A stretch of 64,000 nucleotides of DNA from Blastocatellia bacterium. Lineage in GTDB: Bacteria > Acidobacteriota > Blastocatellia > UBA7656. The notes under the pieces are model-generated. The model saw only the letters and a program-made list of their open reading frames with translations, was not told the origin of the DNA and ran no database searches. How positions within the stretch are numbered: position 1 is the first letter of the stretch; each line of letters begins with the position of its first letter. The position numbers were made by a program, and so were the translations under genes. Positions 41,553-51,613 of the stretch are shown piece by piece. Location: the NCBI GenBank assembly GCA_963765495.1, contig CAVXWP010000010.1:64001-128000 (forward strand), read 5' to 3'.

Positions 41553-42225
41553 GTTTTTTCTTTGATTTTTCCGCCAATTGCTTTAATGCCTGCTCGGCTT
41601 CGGCGCGATCAACGGAATTGTCGCCGTTAAGATCGAGCGCTTTGAAGGTTCGCTCGTTGCCCATCTCGTCGGCGGTCAGTTTGCCGTCCTTGTTCTTGTC
41701 GTATTTGCTGAACAGATTGGTGACTTCAACGCCCCCGGTAGCCTTTGCCTGAACCTCGCTCATGGCTTGAAAGAACTGGCCCATCTCTTCCTGCGAAAGC
41801 GAGCCGTCGTGATCCTTGTCGAGCGCATCGAAGAGGTCTTGCATACGGGCGAACTCTTCACGCGATACTTTGTTGTCTTTGTCGGCATCCAGAAACTGGC
41901 TGAGTCTTTCGCCTAATCGAGCGCCGCCGCCACCGCCTCCAAAACGTTCGCGCATATGGTTCCATTCGGTCTCGTCTATGCCTCCGTCCTTGTTTTCATC
42001 CAGACGGTCGAAAATCTGCGGCGGCATCTGGGGAGGCATTTCATCGCGGCTGATCTTCTTATCCTTGTTCTTGTCGAGGTCGGCAAAGCTCGGCATCTGA
42101 AAGTTGCCTCTTACTCGCGGGCCTCCACCCTCTCCGCCCGGAGGCGGTCCATCCTGAGCGGAGGCAATGCTTGACGCGCCTCCCATCACCATTGTCACTA
42201 TCAGCAACCCAAAAAACTTCTTCAT
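41548..42225 (-). CDS. Secreted multi-EF-hand calcium-binding protein (six loops)
   Basis: Signal peptide; loops DKNKDKKISRDE, DENKDGGIDETE, DADKDNKVSREE, DKDHDGSLSQEE, DKNKDGKLTADE, DLNGDNSVDRAE. Confidence 0.9.
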   Translation of the reverse strand: MKKFFGLLIVTMVMGGASSIASAQDGPPPGGEGGGPRVRGNFQMPSFADLDKNKDKKISRDEMPPQMPPQIFDRLDENKDGGIDETEWNHMRERFGGGGGGARLGERLSQFLDADKDNKVSREEFARMQDLFDALDKDHDGSLSQEEMGQFFQAMSEVQAKATGGVEVTNLFSKYDKNKDGKLTADEMGNERTFKALDLNGDNSVDRAEAEQALKQLAEKSKKKQ

Positions 42226-42289
42226 TGATCCCTCCGAGGACGAGTGGAGCCGTCCTGCTAAAATCTCAAATTGTCAAAATCTCAAATTG

Positions 42290-45160
42290 TCAAAACCTGA
42301 AACTCATCACAGCCTCTATGCTTCGCGCGCCCGAAGCGCGGTTGGCAGTCCCGAAGAAAGGAGACGTAAGCACGCCGTTATAGCCTCCAAGATTCGGGTG
42401 ATTGAGGATGTTATTCACATTGAGTCCGATTGAAAAGTTGTACTTGTGACGATCATCGCCGCCAAAGAAACCGCCGCCGCCGCCTCGACCGCCGCCAAAT
42501 CCACCCCGACCGCCGCCGCCGCGTCCGCCGCCACCAAAGCCGCCCTGCCCGCCGCTTGCCGGAACAGTGCCGAATCCGAATGTCTTTGCAAAATTCATGT
42601 TGACGCTTACCGTTGCCGGCCCGTTGCCGTAGTTGCGAGGAATGATCTGATCTCCCGGTCCGGGGTTCGGATTGAATACGCCAAAACGCGTGACAATGGC
42701 ATCGGGGTCACCCGGGCTGGCAAAGGCGGGTCGGTCGGTAAAGCTCGTGTCGCCGTTATTGTCGCGCCCCGTAGTGATGTTGAAAGGACGCCCGGATGCA
42801 AAGCGGCTGAATGAGCTTATGCGGATGCTCCAGGGCAGATTCACAGAGCCGCCTACAAAAAATTGATGACGCGCATCCAGACTCGAACGCCCGTACTCGT
42901 TCGCCAGATCGTAAGGGTTCGCAGGCACGCTGTAGGCGCTGTCGGTATCGCTGTGCGTCGAAGAAAGCGAGTAGTTGGTAAAGAGAGAAAACTTGCCCCT
43001 GACATTTGCCCGCAACATCACCCTGAGTTCTTGCCGGTTCGAAAGCCCTGTGGATTCGAACTGGTATATAGGACCTTCGCCGGGGAAAGGAAACACCCGT
43101 TCTCCGTCCGTCTCCAAAAACGGCGAGTTGATGTTTCGCGTGCGAAGCAGATGCACTCCGCGCTGCCGCGTATAGATGGCAGTCGCAAACATATTCTTTG
43201 GCAATTGCCGCTCGTAGCTCACGGTCGAGATGACCGAATAAGGCTGTTTTAGGTCTTCGGCTTCGGTGCGAATGGTGGGCCGAAGCGCGACCGCCCCGCT
43301 GAACGCGGACGGGATGTCAGGGAAAAACGCCGGTTGCTGAATGATGTACTGCAACTGGTGCTGCCCGTCGTATTTGATCGTGTCGAAAGTGATGCCGTCG
43401 TCTATGAAGTTATAAAAGACACCGGCACCGGCGCGGATTGTGTTCTTGCGCTTTTTGTCGAGCACCCAGGCGAGACCCGCGCGAGGCGCAAGATTCAACT
43501 TGTCTCCGAGGTGGGTTTGAAATTCCTGACGCACACCAAAAGAGAACGTCATTCGGTCGGAAATCTTCCAGTCGTCCTGCGCAAACAGGCCCGTCTCCCA
43601 CTGGTTGAAACCCACAAACGGGTCGCCCTGAACTATTGAAAATTGCGAGGGGCGGTAGCCGGGCTCTCCGAGAAGCGTACGGCGATAGTGTTCGAGCGCC
43701 GAGATGCCGATAGAATTGCCTCTGGAATCGAGAATGACCGCGCCCGTAGCATCTCGCTCAAAATCGGTTCCGAACGTAAAGGTGCCGCCGAAATTCGAGC
43801 GATCAAGATTCCTGCGCTGTAGCGACTCGGCGCGAATCCCGGCCTTGATCGTATGTTTCTTTGACGTGAAGGTCAGATTGTCGGTGAACTCAAGCTCATT
43901 GTTTCTGTTATTCAAAAACAGCGAGCCCTGATTGCCGCCCGAGTTAAATGCATCGAGCACGTTTATGGCGGTCTCATCGCTAAGGGCGAGGGTATCTATC
44001 GTGCCGCGGCTCAGTTGCAGGCGCGCTTCGTTGACCGCTCGCTCGCTTGCTATCGTAGTGAGCGAGAATCGCACGGTGTCTTCGCGTGACGACCGCGTGA
44101 GGCCCCGCGAAGGCAAATCGAATGCGCCCGGCAGGTTCTCTTGATCGCTTGTTGAAAACCTGTATTGCGCTCCGATGGTGTGCTTGCTCGACAGAAGATA
44201 ATCGGTGCGAAGAGAAAAATTGGTCCTGCGCGTGGGGCTCGGCACCGATGCTATAAACGGAGTAGGCTCAAGCGTCAGGGGGTCGAGTACAGTCGCATTG
44301 ACCACGTCGTTTTCATCCCACGCTCGCCGGTCGAAATCCATGAAGAATCCCATGCGTTTGCGTATGATCGGCCCGCTAAAATCAAAACTGTAAGTCCGTT
44401 TTTGCAGGGCGGCCTTTGAGGGCGCGAAAGCGTCTCTGGCATTCAGGGATTCATCATTGAAGTTGAATCGCAGGCTGCCGTGAAAATCATCCGTACCCGG
44501 CTTGGTGATGATCTCGATCCGGCGAAAGCCGACTTCGGAAAACTCGGCGGCAAACGGGTTTGCGTTTATGCGAATCATCTGGATCGCTTCTTTCGGCGGG
44601 ATGCGACCCCGCTCGCGGAACCCGCCTACGTATACGGCCGCGTCATCGCCGCCCCCGGCAGCGCCCGCCATCTGGCGAAGCGTGTCGAGCAACTCATCCG
44701 GGTCATCGGGCAAAGCCTCTATGTCGGCGGGCGTAAGCGTGATGGCCGAGAGGTTATTGTCGGGGTCGGCAGAGATGCCCGGCGAATCCGTCGTCACATC
44801 GGTCTGCTCTTCGATAAAGACTTTGAGTTGAGCATCGAGCGTGATTGATTGCTTCTTCGTGGCATCGACCTGCTCGCTGAAGGGGGCAAACCCTTCGACC
44901 TCTACAGTAAGGGTGTATAAACCGGGGACGACGCGAGTGAACCGATAACGTCCCTGTTCATCGGTCTGGCCCGCATAATGGTGCCCCTTGCCGTCATCCA
45001 TAACTATCGGCGCTGCGGGTATAAACGCCCCGGTTTCGTCGGTTACAAGACCTCGCACCTCGGCCGTTCCCTGACCGTAAGCCATAGAGGAGCCAGCCAG
45101 ACTGCCAAAATTAATCAGCATCAAAAATGCGCTGAGAGATACAGCTATCAGTTTTTTCAT
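42290..45160 (-). CDS. Outer-membrane TonB-dependent-receptor-like protein with N-terminal carboxypeptidase-regulatory-like domain
   Basis: Signal peptide, VRGLVTDETGAFIP...PGLYTLTVE, FAQDDWK, APRAGLAW, C-terminal aromatic (SFRF). Confidence 0.88.
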   Translation of the reverse strand: MKKLIAVSLSAFLMLINFGSLAGSSMAYGQGTAEVRGLVTDETGAFIPAAPIVMDDGKGHHYAGQTDEQGRYRFTRVVPGLYTLTVEVEGFAPFSEQVDATKKQSITLDAQLKVFIEEQTDVTTDSPGISADPDNNLSAITLTPADIEALPDDPDELLDTLRQMAGAAGGGDDAAVYVGGFRERGRIPPKEAIQMIRINANPFAAEFSEVGFRRIEIITKPGTDDFHGSLRFNFNDESLNARDAFAPSKAALQKRTYSFDFSGPIIRKRMGFFMDFDRRAWDENDVVNATVLDPLTLEPTPFIASVPSPTRRTNFSLRTDYLLSSKHTIGAQYRFSTSDQENLPGAFDLPSRGLTRSSREDTVRFSLTTIASERAVNEARLQLSRGTIDTLALSDETAINVLDAFNSGGNQGSLFLNNRNNELEFTDNLTFTSKKHTIKAGIRAESLQRRNLDRSNFGGTFTFGTDFERDATGAVILDSRGNSIGISALEHYRRTLLGEPGYRPSQFSIVQGDPFVGFNQWETGLFAQDDWKISDRMTFSFGVRQEFQTHLGDKLNLAPRAGLAWVLDKKRKNTIRAGAGVFYNFIDDGITFDTIKYDGQHQLQYIIQQPAFFPDIPSAFSGAVALRPTIRTEAEDLKQPYSVISTVSYERQLPKNMFATAIYTRQRGVHLLRTRNINSPFLETDGERVFPFPGEGPIYQFESTGLSNRQELRVMLRANVRGKFSLFTNYSLSSTHSDTDSAYSVPANPYDLANEYGRSSLDARHQFFVGGSVNLPWSIRISSFSRFASGRPFNITTGRDNNGDTSFTDRPAFASPGDPDAIVTRFGVFNPNPGPGDQIIPRNYGNGPATVSVNMNFAKTFGFGTVPASGGQGGFGGGGRGGGGRGGFGGGRGGGGGFFGGDDRHKYNFSIGLNVNNILNHPNLGGYNGVLTSPFFGTANRASGARSIEAVMSFRF

Positions 45161-45244
45161 TATATATACTTCCCGAGCTAAATTAAGAACCCCGTTCCAC
45201 TGGTTACTCGCAAGCGATGAACGGGTCAGCTTGCTTTAGACGCT

Positions 45245-45658
45245 TTACCTCTTATTTTTGTCGTTGAATTGTTCGCGCCTGCGGTCGCTTTCGCGGACAA
45301 GCTCTTCGAACTCAGGCAATTGTTCGGGGGAAAGTGCAGCACGCATGCGATCTCTGCCCTGCTGGCGCACTACGTCAATACGCGGTTCTATATCTTTTCG
45401 GATATCTGCGTACTTGTCGAAGGTTTCATCTAGTATGCCCTTGATCTGGTCTCGCTGATCGGGGGTGAGTTTGAGACGGGTAGTCATCTTTTCGATGATG
45501 TAATCCTGTGGCTTGTGGTTATGCTCTTCGCGCGACGGATCGGAAGTGGTTATGCCGGAATAGAGGTTCATGGCCAGCGCGCCGGCCAAAAAACCTATTG
45601 CGAATACTGCAAGCACGATCAAGCGCGCTTTGGTTTGACTTCTGGTATTACTTTCCAT
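45245..45658 (-). CDS. Membrane-anchored Spy/CpxP/heavy-metal-sensor-like periplasmic protein
   Basis: N-terminal TM (VFAIGFLAGAL), LKLTPDQRDQIKGIL and LSPEQ (LTxxQ-like) motifs; start ATG 45658 overlaps the upstream gene end. Confidence 0.75.
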   Translation of the reverse strand: MESNTRSQTKARLIVLAVFAIGFLAGALAMNLYSGITTSDPSREEHNHKPQDYIIEKMTTRLKLTPDQRDQIKGILDETFDKYADIRKDIEPRIDVVRQQGRDRMRAALSPEQLPEFEELVRESDRRREQFNDKNKR

Positions 45659-46217
45659 TCTCAGTTTCCTCCACCGCCACCAGTGTTTCCAGGACATCAT
45701 CGGGTGTCGGTCGGGATAAATCATAAACATCGTTGAATATCACACGCTCGCTCGGGCGAATAGCCATCTCGCCGTTTCGTGGGGTGGCGGCGCTCCAGAG
45801 CAATGACGCGCCTATTATCAAAAGAAGCAATACGGCCATAATTGGTATAAGCTGCCGCGCCGCCACCATCACCACAGACGCCCAGGGTTCGTCTGCGCCA
45901 CTGCTGATACCGAAGCGAGACGCCCACCCGGGTCCGCGATTGATTCTGGCCCGAAGCGCGATAAAGAAATCCTCGCCCGGCTCAACCGGGTGATCGGCTC
46001 CCGCGCGATCAAGCACCACCTGCGTAAAAGCAAATATTCGATACTCACGCGAGCATCTCTCGCACGATTGAACATGGCGCTCAAGAACGGAGGGCTCAAG
46101 AACGGGGCGCTCCGCGCTTGAGCGCCCTTCACCGGTCGCGTCTTCCGACAAGCGCGAGAACTGCTTGCGCGCTTGTCGGCAACTGATTGTCACCCCGCCA
46201 CGGGTTCGATTCTTCAT
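45648..46217 (-). CDS. Zinc-binding (ZAS, HxxxCxxC) anti-sigma factor with single TM
   Basis: ISCRQARK...HVQSCERC, then a TM helix; its ATG overlaps the sigma factor stop (ATGA). Confidence 0.8.
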   Translation of the reverse strand: MKNRTRGGVTISCRQARKQFSRLSEDATGEGRSSAERPVLEPSVLERHVQSCERCSREYRIFAFTQVVLDRAGADHPVEPGEDFFIALRARINRGPGWASRFGISSGADEPWASVVMVAARQLIPIMAVLLLLIIGASLLWSAATPRNGEMAIRPSERVIFNDVYDLSRPTPDDVLETLVAVEETENGK

Positions 46218-46957
46218 TTCATATTCCTCTGTTTGCGTTCGGCGCTCATAATCAGCCGCTTCATCGCCGCTCGCAAAGTCCTTCGTGCCCGAAAGGCCCT
46301 CACCTTGATTTTGGAATGACCCCACCCGGTCATCTCGGAAATTTCGCCTACAGAATACCCATCCCTGTCCATCAGCACAATCACCAGCCTGTCTTCGGGC
46401 TCAAGCTTTTCGAGCAATCTCTCGGCAATATCTGCCGATTCGCGCTGCCGTTCGGCGCTCGCGTGCCGATCAAAAGCCGCCTCTAGCATTTGAAGTTCGA
46501 GCCATTCGCCCTCGTTTTCTGCGCCCTCTGGCATGTGATACTCAGCCCGGCGGCGCTGCGCTCTCAATTGATCGTAGCACGCATTTACCGCGATCTTTGC
46601 AACCCAGGCTTCGAAAGAACGCCCAAGCGTAAAGGTCGCAAGCGAAAAATAGGCCCTGGCAAAAACCTCCTGCGCGATGTCTTCGATCATGTCGCGGCGG
46701 CGAAAAAAGCTGCCGATTATATTGAAGACTCGCGGGCTGTAACGGCGAACCAGAACCTCGTAACTGTACTGGTCTCCGGCCAGGCTCTGGCGGATCAAAT
46801 CATCTTCGCCCGCCTTGCCGGTTACTGCTCGCAGGTCCGATTCCTCTTCAATCGCCAGGGGCTCGGCATCGGCGCCAGCCGAAACTTCAGCCTGGGCGCG
46901 CGGAGCCGCACCTTGCGCGATGAGGTTATTTGACTGACTCTTACGGTCGCCTGGCAA
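46214..46957 (-). CDS. ECF-subfamily RNA polymerase sigma factor
   Basis: EDIAQEVFARAY, FEAWVAKIAVNACYDQLR (region 2), GYSVGEISEMTGWGHSKIKVRAFRAR (region 4); start uncertain. Confidence 0.92.
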   Translation of the reverse strand: MPGDRKSQSNNLIAQGAAPRAQAEVSAGADAEPLAIEEESDLRAVTGKAGEDDLIRQSLAGDQYSYEVLVRRYSPRVFNIIGSFFRRRDMIEDIAQEVFARAYFSLATFTLGRSFEAWVAKIAVNACYDQLRAQRRRAEYHMPEGAENEGEWLELQMLEAAFDRHASAERQRESADIAERLLEKLEPEDRLVIVLMDRDGYSVGEISEMTGWGHSKIKVRAFRARRTLRAAMKRLIMSAERKQRNMK

Positions 46958-47186
46958 AAGCCTCCTGATCTCCTAGCGCCTTCCCTCTACAGGCGCTAAC
47001 TCGGCTGATCTCGCTTTCATCCTAAAAAATCCACCCCTTGTAAGTTAACCTCTGACGGGCTTTTACATCAAACCGTATCAGTTAAGCGGCACGCGATTGT
47101 ATTGACAAAGAACCATTCCGGATCATCAACCCGGCCCGGATTCGCGGCTATAAGGCGCGGACCCGGCTTGGTGGCCACATTGCTAA

Positions 47187-47213
47187 AGACGATGGAAGGA
47201 GATCGACGGTTAC
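47187..47213 (-). promoter_or_regulatory. Putative ECF-type (autoregulatory) promoter
   Basis: Minus strand GTAAC-N17-CGTCT, matching the common ECF -35 AAC / -10 CGT pattern, upstream of the sigma gene. Confidence 0.5.
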
Positions 47214-47221
47214 GAAAATTC

Positions 47222-47327
47222 CTTGGGTGATTCGTAAAGAGTGATGCGTGATGCGTGATTTTCGAGCAAGCATTCCGTTTAAGCTGCCTTACAAGCCTGT
47301 TATATCACGAATCACGCATCACCCAAG
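47222..47327. repeat. Family A heptamer-armed element
   Basis: CTTGGGTGATTCGT...GTGATGCGTGATGCGTGATT...ATCACGAATCACGCATCACCCAAG. Confidence 0.82.
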
Positions 47328-47722
47328 AAACTCCGCCGCGATGCGATTACACTCAGCGGCAGCGGCGCTTTCATTGTGAGGGCTTGTGATTTGCGATCAA
47401 GAGCCGCTCGATTTTCCCACGCCGCCTATTCTCAGGAAAAGCTTCGCACGCATAAAGAGCTTACTGAGAATCAACTGGCCTCGGATTATTCTGAAAAAAA
47501 CTTCATCTCATTTTCATAAAGCTTTAAGTCTGAAAGTGTATCTTTACAGGCAGACCAGATTATCTGGCGGAGACGAAACGGGAGATGAATGGGCGCTCGG
47601 AATATTCCCGTTCCAGGCCAGAGGTTGCCCGCTCGATCTCAGCCCCCGATTATGAGGGCCGTTGACTGAGCCTCGCTGCCTGTTCATCGTTTCGCCGATC
47701 CGGGTCAGACAGAATCGCCACA

Positions 47723-48382
47723 ATGCATCGAACATCCCATCGTAGCACGAATACGATTGCCCGTGTGACTATCTATGGCGCGGTCTTTCTGCTCGCCTTT
47801 ATTGCCTGGGCGACCTACACCATAGGCATTTCGCCATACATTACCGAAGTGGGCGTGCCGCGGCCACAGCCTGTGCCTTTCAGCCACAAACACCACGCAG
47901 GGCAACTCGGCATTGATTGCCGCTATTGCCACGCGACGGTCGAGACATCCGCCTTTGCCGGGATGCCGCCTACCTCTACCTGCATGAATTGCCATTCGCA
48001 GATATGGACCGGCAGCCCCTTGCTCGAACCCGTGCGAGAGAGTTACCGCACCGGAAAACCGCTTATCTGGACCAGGGTCTACAACCTCCCACAGTTCGCC
48101 TATTTCGATCACAGCATTCATATCCACAAAGGCGTAGGCTGCGCGACCTGCCACGGGCGGATGGACCAGATGCCGCTGACTTGGCAGGCAAGCCCTATGT
48201 TGATGCAGTGGTGTCTGGAGTGTCACCGCGACCCGGCGCGATTCGTCAGGCCGCGCGAAGAAGTATTCAATATGGACTGGCAGGCTCCGAAAAACAGGTC
48301 CGACCTCGGACGGGAGCTTATCAAACTCTACAACATCAAGGACACACGCAGGCTGACCGATTGCTCTACGTGTCACAGATAG
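47723..48382 (+). CDS. actA: Alternative complex III pentaheme cytochrome c subunit
   Basis: N-terminal TM, QPVPFSHKHH, five CxxCH (CRYCH, CMNCH, CATCH, CLECH, CSTCH). Confidence 0.93.
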   Translation: MHRTSHRSTNTIARVTIYGAVFLLAFIAWATYTIGISPYITEVGVPRPQPVPFSHKHHAGQLGIDCRYCHATVETSAFAGMPPTSTCMNCHSQIWTGSPLLEPVRESYRTGKPLIWTRVYNLPQFAYFDHSIHIHKGVGCATCHGRMDQMPLTWQASPMLMQWCLECHRDPARFVRPREEVFNMDWQAPKNRSDLGRELIKLYNIKDTRRLTDCSTCHR

Positions 48383-48399
48383 AGAGAACGGATTGCAGG

Positions 48400-51300
48400 G
48401 TGAAGCAAGATCCACACACTACCTTGATCGAAGAGGGGCGCAGGCTCTGGCAGAGCCTTGAGGAACTCGCAGAAAGAGAGGAATCTGCCGGAACGCGCAG
48501 CCACAGGTCGGGTAACCAGACCGCGATGCTTGAGAACGCGCTCGACCGACGGGATTTCTTGAAATTGATGAGCGCGTCGCTTGCGCTTGCCGGATTAACG
48601 GGCTGCGCCGCGAGGCAGCCTATTGGAAAGATCGCGCCCTACGTGCGCCAGCCCGAAGAGATTATCCCCGGCAAGCCGCTCTTTTATGCGACCGCGATGA
48701 CGCTCGGCGGGTACGCTTCGGGGCTTGTCGTAGAGACTCACGAAGGGCGTCCTACCAAGATAGAAGGCAACCCCGACCATCCCGCGAGCCTCGGCGCTAC
48801 GGATGTCTTTGCGCAGGCTTCGGTGCTGTCGCTTTACGATCCTGACCGCTCGCAATCGGCAATGCACAACGGACAGATAACGACATGGGATGATTTCTTC
48901 CGCGAGATGCTGAAAGAGATTCCCAGCATCGCCGCGCGACAGGGCGAGGGTTTGCGATTCCTCACCGAGACCACAACATCGCCGACTCTCGCTCGTCTGA
49001 TACAGACAATTTCGGAGAGGCTCCCGAAAACAATCTGGCATCAATACGACGCGGCAGCGCGCGATAACGAGCGAGAGGGCGGGCGGCTGGCTCTAGGCCG
49101 ATACGTGCAGACCATCTACCACTTTGACAGGGCCGATGTGGTTCTCGCACTGGATGCCGACTTTTTTTCAATCGAAGGCGCAGGCACACGTTATGCGCGC
49201 GACTTTATCTCGAAGCGGCGAGTGCGCGTGGGTAAGACCGATATGAATCGACTCTACGCCGTGGAGTGCACGCCTACAAACACCGGAACGATGGCCGATC
49301 ATCGCCTGCCGATAAAGGCAGGCCGGATAGAAGCCTTCGCTCGCGCAGTTGCCTCCGCGATAGGAGCCGCGCCTGAACAGACGAGCCCGACGCCTTCCGA
49401 TATAGATCACGCGGAATGGATCAACGCGCTTGCGCGAGACCTGACCGCCCATCGCGGCTCGACGATAATCATAGCGGGCAACAGCCAGCCGCCCTCGGTT
49501 CACGCGATGGTTCACGCTATGAATCGGGCGCTCGGCAATGTGGGAAACACATTGAGCTATATCGATCCGGTCGAGGTCAATCCAACCAATCAACTCGAAT
49601 CGCTCCTCCGCCTTATTCAGGATATGGAAGCGGGCACAGTCGAAGAGCTTATTATCTCGGGCGGCAATCCTGCGCTGACGGCCCCGGCTGATTTCCCTTT
49701 TGCCGAGTGCTTGAAGAAGGTCAGATTGAGCGTTCACCACAACCTCTACTTTGACGAAACATCGGCGCTCTGCCAGTGGCACATTCCCGAGGCTCACTAC
49801 CTTGAATCGTGGGGCGACGCTCGCGCGTATGACGGCACGATCAGCATTATTCAGCCGATGATAACGCCTCTTTTTGGAGGCAAGACTACCGGCGAACTTC
49901 TGACCATTTTTACCGACAACCCGTATCGCTCAGGTTACGATCTCGTGCGTGAATACTGGAAGAAGACGGGACCCCAGGTACCAGCTATTCAAATGGAGCC
50001 GGCAGCCGCAACAGAGCAAAAAGAGAATAGACAGAAAGCCGCGCAATCGAATCCTCCACCCGATTCCCAAACAAATAAGGGTGCGACCTCCGAAGCGCAG
50101 ACCGCTCAGACACAGGCTCCATCGGCAGAGTTTGAAAAGTGGTGGCGCGAAACGTTGCGGCTCGGGATGATTTCCGGCACGGCGCATCAGACAGCGCCCG
50201 GCTCCACCGAAACAAACAATGCTCAATCAGTCTCCGCTCAATCAGTCAATGCTCGATCAAACAATAGCCCTTCCCAGTCAACATCATTAGATCAATCCTC
50301 GGCGGCAGACCGGCCTTCAGGGCTTGAGATAGTATTTCGGACCGATCCTTCGATATATGACGGGCGCTTTGCCAACAACGGATGGCTTCAAGAACTTCCC
50401 AAACCGCTGACCAGACTCGCATGGGACAACGCCGCACTCATAAGCCCTGCAACGGCCAAACGATTCGATCTCTCATCCGAGGTCAATGCTCACGGAGGGG
50501 CGCACGGAGGCTCGATCACCGATGTGATCGAGTTGCACTTTCAAGGCCGCAGCCTTCGCGCCCCCGTGTGGATCGTGCCGGGACACGCCGATGATTCGGT
50601 GACGGTTTATCTGGGCTATGGTCGAACGCAGGCGGGGAGCATCGGGACCGGACTGGGGTTCAACGCCTATTCGCTTCGCACTTCGGATGCGCAATGGTTT
50701 TCAGACGGGCTTGAAATCAGCAAGACGGGCGAGCGATACGAAATCGTCTGCGTTCAGGCTCATCATCAGATGGAAGGGCGCGAGCCTGTGCGCTCGATCA
50801 CCATCCGCGAGTATCTGGAACACCCCACGCAAGAGAAGGCAGAAGAAGAGTCGAAAAGATACCTCACGCTTTATCCCGAATGGAAATACGACGGCTATGC
50901 CTGGGGCATGTCGATAGACACGGGCTCGTGCATAGGCTGCAATGCGTGCGTCATCGCCTGTCAGGCCGAAAACAACATCCCCATAGTGGGCAAGTCGGAA
51001 GTCCTCCGGGCGCGCGAGATGCACTGGCTGCGAATTGATCGCTACTACAAGGGCGACCCTGCAAATCCCGAAGTGCTGAATCAGCCCGTGCTGTGCATGC
51101 ATTGTGAAAAGGCTCCGTGCGAACTGGTCTGCCCCGTTGAAGCGACTTCTCACAGCAGCGAAGGCTTAAACGAGATGACATACAATCGCTGCGTAGGCAC
51201 GCGGTACTGCTCAAACAACTGCCCGTACAAAGTGCGCCGCTTCAACTTCTTCGAATATGCCGCTTATGACACGCCGTTCGTGCAGCTTCAAATGAACCCG

Positions 51301-51609
51301 GATGTGACGGTCCGGTCTCGCGGCGTGATGGAAAAATGCACCTACTGCCTTCAGCGAATAAACACGGCGAAGATAGCGGCAGAAAGAGAAGACCGGACGG
51401 TGCGCGACGGCGAGATAGTTACCGCCTGTCAGGCGGCCTGTCCTGCCGAAGCCATCACGTTCGGGGATAAGAATGACCCGAACTCTCACGTGGCAAGGCT
51501 CAAGGCCGAGCCGACCGATTATGGCTTGCTCGCCGAATTGAACACGCAACCTAGAACAACCTATTTGATGACGGTGCGAAACCCTAACCCTGAAATCGAA
51601 ACGGAGTAA
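48400..51609 (+). CDS. actB: Alternative complex III subunit B (Tat signal, molybdopterin-oxidoreductase-like + Fe-S domains)
   Basis: WQSLEELA, DRRDFLKLM Tat motif, GRPTKIEGNPDHP, CIGCNACVIAC, CMHCEKAPCELVCP, CVGTRYCSNNCP, EKCTYC. Start likely GTG 48400. Confidence 0.92.
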   Translation: MKQDPHTTLIEEGRRLWQSLEELAEREESAGTRSHRSGNQTAMLENALDRRDFLKLMSASLALAGLTGCAARQPIGKIAPYVRQPEEIIPGKPLFYATAMTLGGYASGLVVETHEGRPTKIEGNPDHPASLGATDVFAQASVLSLYDPDRSQSAMHNGQITTWDDFFREMLKEIPSIAARQGEGLRFLTETTTSPTLARLIQTISERLPKTIWHQYDAAARDNEREGGRLALGRYVQTIYHFDRADVVLALDADFFSIEGAGTRYARDFISKRRVRVGKTDMNRLYAVECTPTNTGTMADHRLPIKAGRIEAFARAVASAIGAAPEQTSPTPSDIDHAEWINALARDLTAHRGSTIIIAGNSQPPSVHAMVHAMNRALGNVGNTLSYIDPVEVNPTNQLESLLRLIQDMEAGTVEELIISGGNPALTAPADFPFAECLKKVRLSVHHNLYFDETSALCQWHIPEAHYLESWGDARAYDGTISIIQPMITPLFGGKTTGELLTIFTDNPYRSGYDLVREYWKKTGPQVPAIQMEPAAATEQKENRQKAAQSNPPPDSQTNKGATSEAQTAQTQAPSAEFEKWWRETLRLGMISGTAHQTAPGSTETNNAQSVSAQSVNARSNNSPSQSTSLDQSSAADRPSGLEIVFRTDPSIYDGRFANNGWLQELPKPLTRLAWDNAALISPATAKRFDLSSEVNAHGGAHGGSITDVIELHFQGRSLRAPVWIVPGHADDSVTVYLGYGRTQAGSIGTGLGFNAYSLRTSDAQWFSDGLEISKTGERYEIVCVQAHHQMEGREPVRSITIREYLEHPTQEKAEEESKRYLTLYPEWKYDGYAWGMSIDTGSCIGCNACVIACQAENNIPIVGKSEVLRAREMHWLRIDRYYKGDPANPEVLNQPVLCMHCEKAPCELVCPVEATSHSSEGLNEMTYNRCVGTRYCSNNCPYKVRRFNFFEYAAYDTPFVQLQMNPDVTVRSRGVMEKCTYCLQRINTAKIAAEREDRTVRDGEIVTACQAACPAEAITFGDKNDPNSHVARLKAEPTDYGLLAELNTQPRTTYLMTVRNPNPEIETE

Positions 51610-51613
51610 CCGA

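Noticed and set aside
41548-42225. Lanmodulin
   Set aside because: The EF loops lack the position-2 proline (DPDxDG) characteristic of lanmodulin, and there are six loops.
47917-48399. 161-aa N-terminal extension of ActB in the ORF track
   Set aside because: It overlaps actA in another frame; ActB-like sequence starts only after 48400.
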